From positions 310,001-374,000 of the forward strand of contig CAUYUJ010000292.1 in assembly GCA_963575745.1 (NCBI GenBank): a stretch of 64,000 bases of DNA. Direction: 5' to 3'. The notes beneath the pieces are model-generated. The model did not search any database. It saw nothing but the letters and a program-made list of their open reading frames with translations, and was not told where the DNA came from. Positions within the stretch are counted from its first letter, which is position 1. Every line of letters starts with the position of its first letter. The translations under genes were made by a program, and so were the position numbers. Below are positions 54,701 to 64,000 of the stretch, piece after piece. Source of the DNA: Prorocentrum cordatum (taxonomy: Eukaryota).

Positions 54701-57700
54701 GAGATCGCTCGTGAGATCTATAGTGGGATCACTGACGTGTGTACTGAGATTGACTTCAAGATCGATTGTGATATCGACTGTGAGACCAATCGTGAGATCG
54801 ATGATGAGACCGATAGTGAGATCTGTTGTGAGATCGATCGTGAGCCCGAGTGTGAGATTCATGGTGAGATCGATTTGGAGATCGATCGTGAGATCGCATG
54901 TGGGCTCGATAACGAGTTCAATTGCCAAAGCGATAGTGAGACCGATAATGAGATCCGCTGTGAGATCGAAACTGTGATCGGGGTGAGATCAGAAGTTGGA
55001 ATGGAATGTTGGTTCCCCCTCCGCCCCCCCCCCGAACCTCCACATCATCCGAAGGGTGGTCGTATAGACATCTTAGAGGAACGAGGAACAAGAAGTGTAT
55101 GAACATAAACTTTCCGAGGTCCGCGCGGATTTCTCGGATCTGCGCCGAACACCCCTCCCTGGCGAGCGGGGAGCGCCGGGGGCGGCGTCGGAGGCGCCAC
55201 CAGCGGGGGCTGAGCGCCGATCCGAAGAATGCGCGCGGAGCTCCGAAAGGCTATGTTCATGCCGCTTGGTCTTCCTCGATCTCTACGGTCGGGAACTGTT
55301 GCTTCGCGAGTCGTGGCGGCGGCCCTGGCGACAAGCTGTGCCCTGCGAGTGGATAGCGTGTCGCTTCGCTCAGCATGGCGAGAGGCTGGGGAAAACTCGG
55401 GATCTTGACTCAGCGGCGCACACAAGGGGGTGGAGGGAGGGGGGAAGGCTTCTTAGAGGGAGGCCGCTTCTTAGAAGGCGCTGGCATTGCATCTGCAGAT
55501 CAGGCCCGCGCCTTCTAAGAAGCAGGGGTGCTTCTAAGAAGCCCTCCCCCCTCCTCCCACCCCCCTTTGCGCGTGGCTGATTGACGCCTGGGAATGGGGA
55601 CGTGAATAGCGTGTCTCGCCGAAGCGTGGTGGGCCAGGACCGGCAGAGCGACACGCTGAGCAACAACTCCCTGACCGTAGCAGCCCTCGCTTCTGCAGTC
55701 CGTGCGGGGCATCAAGGAATCAGGAAGTCCAGGACATCCAGAAAACCTTGGAACGTATCAAGGTCATGACCTCTGGCGCCTCTGACCCCCTCCCCTGCCA
55801 GGAGCTGCCAGTGCGTCCGCCGCTTGTCCGCCCCGCCCCGTCTCCGCCAGCCACACGCCGATCAGCCCGAAACCGGCGGTGGACGCGCCCACCGCCAGCT
55901 TGAAGGGGTCCGCCGCGGCGCTCAGGAGGTTTCCGAACACCTGGGGATCGCCGGTGAAAAATATATCCCAGACCCCCTCGGGTCATGGAACGCAAAAAAA
56001 AACAATGACAGGAAGTATTTCTCTATTTTCGGAAGTATTTCTCTATTTTCGGCCTCTGGAGTCCCTTACCAGGCCCCAAGACCATTAAGCATTAAAAACT
56101 ACTCAGGACGACAAGCTGGTCCTGGGGAACGGGTTTAGACCTCTGGGGGTCGACGTCATGAAACAATGATGACGTCGGGGGTTGGGGTTCGTAGGCGAAG
56201 AACGCATCCATATTCGCGGCCGCGGATGCCCCACGCGGAACGCATCCGTACGTTTGGGTCGGGCATGTCCTCCTACAGGCAAAATATCGGACGAAACATT
56301 CAAGAACAGACCAATAATACGCAGACATTGCCAAACAATGGTCGAAAACTCGTCCCCAGAGCATTTTTTTAATTACAATTTTTGAATTTTCCTCCTGTAC
56401 AAGGGCAAGCCCGACTTAAGCGTACGACCGCGTATCCACGGGATCGCGCCCAGGAATCCAGACCGCAAGGGGCGCGGATGCGGACATGCTCGCCGCGCGT
56501 GGAAGGAGGGGAGGCCGCATCAACAAGGCTTCGGCGTGCAGGGGGGGGAGAGACAGCTCTTGAGCTCACAGCTGCGCGTGCGCGCACGGCTTCCCCTGGG
56601 AGCACCCCGCAGGCAAAGTAGATCAGCATCATCTTGTTGCGGCCAAACTGCGTCTCCATGCCGAAGCCCATGCGGAGCTGGAAAAACACGTTGAAGAGCA
56701 GGTGCGTCAGGTTCGCATGGAGCATCACGGGGGTCACCAGCCGCCAGATCTGGCCCCGCGCGATCGCGGGCCCCCACGAGGCCCCCAGGTTGTAGAGCAC
56801 GCAGGGCGTGGGGTTTGCCTTGTCGTGGCCAAGCGCCATGGACACCACGAACTCGAGCGCCTGCGCACACGTGACCTGCCAGAAGAGAAGCGTTTCGGAT
56901 GCCCTGTGTGCCCTTGAACACGACCCCCAGAGGCCCTCGGGCCCCATCAGATGCGCTTTCTCGTCGACTGCGCCCGGCCGAGGGCCCTTTCCAGAGAGCT
57001 CGGGGTCGGCCCGAACGGTCGGCCGAGGAGGGAGCTGCGGCCTGAAACGGCCAGCCAGACGAGGAGGAGGAGGAGGAGGAGGAGGAGGAGGTGGAGGAGG
57101 AGAGAGGAGAGAGGAGAGAGGAGAGAGGAGAGAGGGAGAGGAGAGAGGAGAGAGGAGAGAGAGGAGAGGAGGAGAGAGGAGGAGGAGGAGGAGGGAGAGG
57201 AGGAGGAGGAGAGGAGGAGGAGAGGAGGAGGAGGGGAGGAGGAGGAGGAGGCGGAGGAGGAGGGGGGAGGAGGAGGAGGAGAGGAGGAGGAGAGGAGGAG
57301 GGGGGAGGAGGCAGGGAGGAGGAGGAGAGGTCAAGAGAGAGGAGGAGAGAGGAGGAGGAGGAGGAGGAGGGAGGAGAGGAGGAGGAGGAGAAGGAGGAGG
57401 GAGGAGGAGGGAGGAGGAGGAGGATGAGGAGGAGGAGGAGGAGGAGGAGGAGGAGGAGGAGGGAGGAGGAGGAGGAGGGAGAGGAGGAGGAGGAGGAGGA
57501 GGAGGAGGAGGAGGAGGAGGATTTTCAAGGAGGAGGAGGAGGAGGAGGAGGAGGAGGAGGAGGAGGAGGAGGAGGAGGAGGAGGAGGAGGAGGATTTTTG
57601 CCATCAACGGCTCCATGCTGCCCACAAGGAGGAGGAGGAGGAGGAGGAGGAGGAGGAGGAAGAGGAGGAGGAGGAGGCGCTCAGCTCAGCTGTTTCGGTG

Positions 57701-58168
57701 GGGGGACGCGGGTCTCGTGCAGATCGGGGGCGTCCAAGAGGGGAGTGGGCAGATCATGGTCGGCGGCAAGTGCGCGGCCGATGAGGGGCCAGGCACGTAT
57801 TGAATTCAGAAGAGGCACCATGACACCTGGGGAGATGACCTTGCCCCCGCCATGATACCCAGCCTCCCTGGTCATCATCCCCCTCCTGGCCGCCCCCAAG
57901 TAGACGGCATAGAGGGGGACCCACCCCCCGGAAGCAGCCTGTCAAGCAGGGTTCAGGCTCAGCAGCAGATTTACGACATGCACCGGCCAGGAGGTTCGAA
58001 GCGAATCCACCGGTGGCGACGATGGCCTCGCAGGATGACCGACAGGGCGAGAACGAGGCAACGGTAGCGGCATCGGCACCTCTTCTCCCCCTCTGCACGT
58101 GCGGCCTGCCAGATGAAGGCGTCGGATTTGAAGCCCGGGAAGATCAGCCCCATGAACTCCTCGTCGTC
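40630..58168 (-). CDS. Rhomboid intramembrane serine protease (ROM1-like); 7 exons found, 5' end missing
   Basis: Exons 58168-58106, 56875-56606, 55940-55845, 52156-52040, 49915-49823, 49133-49077, 40719-40630 join in phase 0 to 261 aa plus stop. Contains the WR motif, HANLTHLLFN, catalytic GAST serine and GHLGG histidine. Confidence 0.95.
46642..47017. mobile_element. TIR element (perfect 16-bp CGGCAGGTTCGCGTCG, 8-bp TSD at 7/8) containing a nested MITE 46682-46877
   Basis: Flanks aatgctta / catgctta. The nested element has a second copy at 32774-32968. Confidence 0.8.
49077..49133 (-). CDS. Rhomboid exon ARAAAALGLCLFLAGGLGK (last transmembrane helix)
   Basis: Hydrophobic, phase 0; ccag|G acceptor, AAG|gc donor. 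Confidence 0.85.
49823..49915 (-). CDS. Rhomboid exon VGHLGGALGGFLLSIVISDMSEEDRPEWYPQ (catalytic His)
   Basis: GHLGG motif; tgag|G acceptor, CAG|gc donor. Confidence 0.96.
51667..51900. repeat. (ATG)n microsatellite; (CAT)n also at 39893-39942 and 62936-63195
   Basis: Directly visible. Confidence 0.97.
52040..52156 (-). CDS. Rhomboid exon EILLSWEILGPARERTIIWIAFMLISVTTMSSMTPNMDL
   Basis: Transmembrane segment ending in N-x-D before the GH motif; ccag|G acceptor, CTG|gt donor. Confidence 0.93.
53105..53290. mobile_element. Family E foldback element (~180-bp near-palindrome)
   Basis: Long inverted arms around CCTGGCGCGCTCCGCGCGCCAGG. Copies at ~28255-28430, 36170-36345, 55090-55280; partial at 32978, 40330, 46495. 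Confidence 0.8.
54065..54990. repeat. Compound satellite: ~21-bp GGTGGCGCGGGGTGTCCCGTC units, then ~800 bp of degenerate 12-bp GAGATCGATTGT units
   Basis: Directly visible; lies in the third rhomboid intron found. Confidence 0.93.
55845..55940 (-). CDS. Rhomboid exon VFGNLLSAAADPFKLAVGASTAGFGLIGVWLA (catalytic Ser)
   Basis: GAST motif; ccag|G acceptor; donor is GA. Confidence 0.97.
56253..56420. mobile_element. Family A MITE (~160 bp), TIR consensus CTTAGGTCGGGCATGTCC, 6-bp TSD
   Basis: CGTACG duplicated on both sides, empty-site paralog at 60253. Other copies near 22220-22379, 39030-39190, 40883-41051, 44521-44856, 45941-46261, 48418-48572, 48825-48987. Confidence 0.9.
56606..56875 (-). 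CDS. Rhomboid exon VTCAQ...GQIWRLVTPVMLHANLTHLLFN...YFACG
   Basis: 90 codons with WR and HxxxxHxxxN motifs; gcag|G acceptor, GGG|gt donor. Confidence 0.97.
57061..57677. repeat. (GAG)n microsatellite, representative of dozens of (CCT)n/(GAG)n tracts across the window
   Basis: Directly visible; these tracts generate most of the long ORFs in the track. Confidence 0.98.
58106..58168 (-). CDS. Rhomboid exon DDEEFMGLIFPGFKSDAFIWQ
   Basis: tcag|G acceptor, CAG|gc donor; FP-x-F segment preceding the first transmembrane helix. Confidence 0.85.
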
Positions 58169-61100
58169 CTGACCAGGGGCCTCGGGCGTCCGTATCGATC
58201 AATCGGATGCCAGATACCACGTCGGCGCACCCGAAGCCTGAGCTGGCCACAAGCAGACCTGCCGACGCGTGGAGGCCTTGCAACCGTGTGTCCTGATGAG
58301 GGCAATGCGTGTCTGGAAGTTCCCACCCACTTCCCAGGCCCCCGACGTCATGTTTTTCTCATGACGTCGACCCCCAAAGGTCTCGACCCCATGCCCCAGG
58401 ACCGAGCCGCTGTTTGACCGTCCCGAGGCCCAGTGCGGGCCCCCAGGGGCCGCACACAGCGACAAGCCGCCCGTCGTGCCTGGGCTTGGCGCGTTGTGCC
58501 GCTGGTCTGTGCCAGCTGTTTGCTTCGCTGCAGCGTCGCGCCACAGGGGCCGCACACGGCGCAGAGCCAGCTCTTGGTGCAGTTCCGCTTGGCCCCCCAG
58601 GGGCCGGCCACAGCGAAACGCCGCCCGTCGTGTTTTGTTTGTCTCGACTCGAGGGGAGGAGGAGGAGGAGGAGGAGGAGGAGGAGGAGGAGGAGGAGGAG
58701 GAGGAGGAGGGGGCTGGGTTGGGCGCGTCGTGCCACTGGGCTGCGCGCCAGCTTCTGTGCCTCGCTGCAGCGCCGCCCCGCTGCGCGGAGCGCGAGGCCT
58801 GGGGACCTCGCGCGCCCGGGCCCTGCCGTGGCAGCCACACGGAGAGGGCCTCTTGGCTTGCAGGCCTCCCCCGTGCGTGCCGGCGCACTGCGCCTCCCCT
58901 CGCCGACGTCGCAGACGTCCCAGACCATCTTTAATGTGTTTTGCTATTACCGGCTATTTTGCTGGACGAACATCAGGACGAACCATTTGTTGCTATTTTC
59001 GGCCCCGTGGGGCCCTCACCCCTCGGGACCGTCGAAAAACGACTCAGGATGTAAAGCCGGTCAAGGGGAATGGGTCGAGACCTCCAGGGGTCGACGTATT
59101 GAACAAATCGTGACGTCGGGGGTCTGGGGTCGGAGATGCATCGGCGATGCAACGGCGATGCGGCACAATCCTCCGACCCCATTTCCTCGGACCCCATTCG
59201 GGAGGCTTCCACGAGAGGAGCAGCGGAGAGCCTGAGGACGAGGTGCCTCGAAAAACGTGAATTCACCCTTGGATCCCTGACCATCCTCAGGACACCATCC
59301 CTCAGGACCCCATGTTGAAACCACCGAGATCTAGGCCTCCCAGATGGGGTCCGACTGGATGGGGTCGGAGGATCGCGCCGCATCGCTGATGCATCGCCGA
59401 TGTTTCGCCGATGAATCGGCGATGCGTCTGCGACGTCGGCGGTGCATCGGCGGCGTCGGGGTGGAGAAAATCGGGGACCCACACCGAGCCGCAACGGCAA
59501 TGCGTCGTCGATGCGGCGCGATCCTCCGGCCCCATCTGCTCGGACCCCGTCCTGGAGGCCGAGGCCTCGGTCACGGATGGGGTCCTGAGGGATGGGGTCC
59601 TCAGGATAGGACGGGATTCAAGGGTGGATTTAACTTGAAGCTCGCTGAGGGGCAGCGAACGCGATCTGTGTTTCTGGGGCGACGGGGGAGAAGGCAATGC
59701 TTTTGTAGGGCAAGAGCAAGCATGAGCAGCCCAATCGCCGGCAAGAGCAAACCTGAAATCAGAGCTTCTCGCGGAGGGCGGCTGAAAGGATTGCTGTTGA
59801 CCGATCAAGCGCGCCCGCCGAGCGTACGGGGATCTGGCCCTGGAAACAACGCTGCCCCCTCGGCGACCTTCAAGATTGAACGCTGTTCGGAGCACCTGGT
59901 CCTTATGACCCCATCTCTCAGGACCACATCTTTAAACCACCGATCCTCCCGCCCGCCCCCTCCCCAGAACCGCTCGAGTCGTGAAAAAAACGGCGGGCGG
60001 TTTTCACTATTTTCAGCCCCTGGGGGTCCGCATCGGGCCTCGGGACCGCCAAAAAGCGAGGCAGGATGAGAAGCCGGTCCCAGAGAACGGGTCGAGACCT
60101 CTGGGGGTCGACGTCACGAAGAAACGACGTCGGGCTTCTGGGTTCGTGGGCGACAAAAGTATCCGTATTCGCGGCCTCGCGGGCCGGGACCCTGGGCCGC
60201 GACCCCGCGGATACGGGGCGCTTCTTCGCGGATGCCCCTCGCCGAACGCGTCCGTGCGACCGCGTATCCGCGGGATCGCGCCCCCGAATTCAGACAGCGA
60301 GGGCGCGGGTGCGGATACTAGCATTGGGGAAACTCGTCCCGAAGGAAAAGGGTCCTGGACCCGGTGCCTCCCCCCAGGACCGATTCTTCCCTCCTGACTC
60401 GTCGGCTGACAGCCCTGGGTCACGCGGAGGGCCCCGAGGGCCCGAAGACGTCGAAGCACTCGCTTCTCCCATGGCGAGGCTAGGTGTCGACCGAGGACCG
60501 GCTCGGATCGCATCGTCGATCGCTCGTTTCCCGGGCGCCCTGGCTCAAGGGCCCTAAGCGGCAGCGGAGAAGCAGGGATGGATGGGGGACGAGGAGAGAC
60601 GAGGCGAGAAGGATGAAGCCGGAGGTGCGACAGCTAAATGGTGAGAGGCTGGACGGTTGGACACTCTGCTCGCCGGTCGTGGGGGGAGGGGAGGCCGTCG
60701 CAACGAGGCTCCGGCGTGCTTCATGCATGTCGGGGGTCTGGGTCCTGCTGCTGCTCCACCCTCCCTGCCTCCCTCCTCCCCGCCGCCCTCCTTCGGCCCC
60801 CCTGCTCTGTCCGTGCCGCCCCTCGCTCACCTGAACCCTCTCTCTGAGCTCTCTCTCCCTCCCCCTCTCATCCACTCCCTCCCCCTCTCTTCCTCCTCCT
60901 CCTCCTCCTCCTCCTCCTCCACCTCCTCACCTCCTCTCCTCTTCCTCCTCTCCTCCTCCTCCTCCTCCTCTCCCCTTTCCCCTCCTCCTCTCTCCTCCTT
61001 CTCCTTCCCCCCTCCTCCTCTCTCCTCCTCACTCCCCTCTGCCTCTCCTCTCCCCTCCTCCCCTCCTCCTCTCTCCTCCTCCTCCTCCTCCTCCTCCTCC

Positions 61101-62631
61101 TCCTCCTCCTCCTCCTCCTCCTCCTCCTCCTCCTCCTCCAGGAAGCAAGCCACAACCTCCAGGGGCCCGCCCCGTCCCGCCCTCCAGCCCCCAACCCCGC
61201 AGCCCCGACGAGCCCCCTGACACCTCCAGGACCCCTCCCCGCAGAGGGGCGTCCAGAGCACCCCTGCCCGGCAACCTCCAGCAGGGCGGGACCGCCGCGG
61301 CACTTCAAGACCGAAGGGGGCCCAGGGACACACACGCTCGTACATGGACGCAAGTCCCAGGACTCCCCATATTTTCCTGCACTTTCTCGGTTTGCGTCTC
61401 CCCCCCCACGTCCCACATTTTCCCATATTTTCCTGGGAGTCGACGATGCATGTTGTGTCTGTGCTTTTCCAATCCTGAGTGATACCTCCACCACGCGAGC
61501 CCTGCGCCTCTTGGACCACATCTTGGCGGTGAAAGGGCTTCCTAGAGGGAGGCTTCGTCTCAGAAGGCGCCGGTCCTGCACCTGCAGACGAGGCCCGCGC
61601 CCTCTGAGAGGCCGGGGTGCTTCCAAGAAGCCTTCGCCCCTCCCCCTGCTCACCTCTGCGCGTGGCTGAGCCATCCCCGTCTTTTACATTGCGGTCGGCA
61701 ACTTTTGCTCAGCGTCTCGCTGCGGCGGCCCCGGCGACGTGCTGTGCCTGGCGAGCGGGTAGCGTGTCGCTCCGCTCCGCGGGGCCGGGAGCTGGCACAC
61801 GCCCGGGACGTCGACGCTGGGCCAGAACTGGCCGTGCGACACGCTGAGCCGAGATTCTGGACCGCGGGTCGTTTTCAGAACGTGGCTCTCGCCCGAGCGC
61901 CGCGCACATCCGCTTCAAAACACTGCACGAGCTTCACGGATGGAGGGCGGCTCCTCTTCAGGATGCGGCTCTCGCCTTATAGCGCCACGCAGATTCGTGC
62001 TTAAGAGTTTACGACACTTGCAAGGGCTTTCGCGGCGAACATCCCACAGCTGATGTTTTGGCACGACCCAGAACTGCCAGGGCGGGACACGCTACGCCGA
62101 AACTGATGGCCGCATGACTTTGAGTTCTCTCGCCGCGGGTCGGCTTCGGATGCTCCCAGTGGCCCGAGGCAGCGGCCCCTCGGAGGCCCAGGAAGGGGCA
62201 AGGACCAGGAAGCCCGTCGTGAGTGCTTCTGCGACGCCTGGAGACCAGGGCCCACCCACCCTCTTCCTCCCTCCTCCAACTCCCCCTCTTTCTCCCCCTG
62301 CTCCTCCTCCTCCTCCTCCTCCTCCTCCTCCTCCTCCTCCTCCTCCCCTCCTCCTCCTCCTCCTCCTCCTCCTCCTCCTCCTCCTCCTTTTTCTCCTCCT
62401 CCTCCTCCTCCTCCTCCTCCTCCCCCTCCTCCTCCTCGTCCTCCTCGTCCTCCTCGTCCTCCTCGTCCTCCTCCCCCTTCGTCGAACTTCGTCCGTGGGC
62501 CCAGCCCTGGAGCGCGCACCGACCAAAGATGTTCAGGGCGAGTCCAGCCGTGACGGCGAGGACGCTCCAGAAAGCCCATCAAGCGCTGAAGACCTCATGA
62601 CCATCCCTCCTCCGATCCTCCTCATCATCAG

Positions 62632-62840
62632 TACAGTGGAGGCCAGGTCCACAAGAAACCTCCCACAAGAAGCTCAGCCCTGAGACCCCAGGGCGTCCAT
62701 TGATTTTTGGTGTGGGAACGCCGCGCTTTCCACAGCAAGACCACCGAACCAGAGCCGGTAAACAAAGAGTCCTGTCGTTTCCAGGGCCCACTAAGCCCTG
62801 GAGGCAAGCAGACTGTTTCTTGGCATGGGTCTCCACTGTA
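62632..62840 (+). mobile_element. Family B MITE, TA|CAGTGG...CCACTG|TA (Tc1/mariner-like ends)
   Basis: TIR plus TA flanks. Homologous copies at 20099-20276, 21229-21399, 34806-34986, 41419-41610, 44580-44759, 47610-47809. Confidence 0.88.
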
Positions 62841-62934
62841 GATAACTCCTCCCTGGTGCACCTGCGAGGCCGGTCGAGAGGGCGGGCCTGGCGGGCCGCC
62901 TGAGACGTCCTCACCAAATCTATAAGTCGCAACA

Positions 62935-63036
<102 letters not shown>

Positions 63037-63064
63037 GTCATCATCGTCATCGTCATCATCATCG

Positions 63065-63160
<96 letters not shown>

Positions 63161-64000
63161 CAACCACCACCATCAACATCATCACCATCATCATTAGCCA
63201 GAGCGCCCCAGATCGGCGGCACTGGCCGGAGGCCAGCTCCATCTAGGAGTCGCAGCAGCTTCACGGCTGGCGGGCGGGCCGTTCTCAAAGATGTGGCGCT
63301 CGCCTCGGCGCCGCGCACAGCCATCTCCGACAGTTGCAAGAGCTTCGCGGGGGGAGGGCGGGGGCCGCTTTCAAAGAGGCGGCTTCTTCCGCCGCAGCGC
63401 CGCGCACATCCGCTCATGTGAAAACGCAGCAGTGCACGACATGGTGGGCGGGCCGTTTTTTTAAAGTAGCTCTCGACTTAGCGCCACGCAGATTCGCTTA
63501 AGACTTTACAGCAGTTCCACGGATTATCGTGATGAACGTCTCGCAGCTTGATGCTTTGCTGAAGTGCCGAACTGCAAGGGCGCAATGGTTACGTTGATCC
63601 CAGGAAGGGTGTTCTGGCATGATCCAGGCTCATGAAGACGCATTAGTAACCGTGATTCGAGGCGGTGCAATCCCTGGGATTGTGTCCTGGCGCAGCTCAA
63701 GATCTTCACACGGCCGTCTTCCAAGGGGACACCGCCTTCAGTGAAAACGGACCATCCTTCTAGGAGCCTGTGAAGCGGGAGCTTGAAGGGAGGGGTTCTC
63801 CTCCTCCTCCTCCCTTTCCTCTTCCTCCTGTTCCTCCTCCTCCTCCTCCTCCTCCTCCTCCTCCTCCCTCCACGGGCATCCGAGGTATGTTTTTTTGTCT
63901 ACATGGGCCTCTTGCTCTCTGGAGGCCTCCCAGATGATATCAGAGTCGACAGCGTCAGAAGATCGCACCGCATCGTCGACGCGTCGGTGCCATCGGCGTG

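Noticed and set aside
54280..55102. EIDC-repeat protein ORFs
   Set aside because: Translation of the 12-bp satellite, with frame breaks and stops, inside a rhomboid intron.
60395..60472. GCC-ATG-G start MGEASASTSSG... as first rhomboid exon
   Set aside because: Plausible start context, but I found no phase-compatible, well-supported link to exon 58168; unproven.
60542..60549. GGCTCAAG (also on the minus strand near 14406) as a relic dinoflagellate spliced leader
   Set aside because: Only 8-9 nt match and no CCATTTT upstream; about this many hits are expected by chance.
63738..63968. ORF MRSSDAVDSDIIWEASRE...
   Set aside because: Composite of a Family I repeat end, (CCT)n and a Family C fragment.

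Overview
Eukaryotic, GC-rich, extremely repeat-dense genomic DNA with one 100-N gap (2574-2673). Splice sites point to a dinoflagellate by inference: the donors are GC (8), GT (5) and GA (1), and all 14 well-placed acceptors read AG|G. Almost all long ORFs in the supplied track are microsatellite artefacts. Two real genes can be rebuilt by hand from short exons, both on the minus strand. (1) An active rhomboid protease, ROM1-like: 7 exons, 58168->40630, 261 codons, 5' end not found. (2) A zinc-dependent histone deacetylase: at least 8 exons, 28730->462, running off the left edge; its RPPGHH exon is missing and probably lies in the gap. Introns and intergenic DNA are a nested collection of non-autonomous TIR/foldback elements with 2-, 5-, 6- and 8-bp target-site duplications (TSDs), an 83-bp-repeat element embedded in (CCT)n, several satellites, and a decayed methyltransferase-like retroelement fragment. 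Most notable: (a) a ~190-bp (GAG)n block that behaves as a discrete insertion with a 6-bp TSD, with an empty-site paralog nearby; (b) intron ends that repeatedly copy the adjacent exon sequence; (c) an HDAC junction with no AG acceptor but an 8-nt direct repeat.
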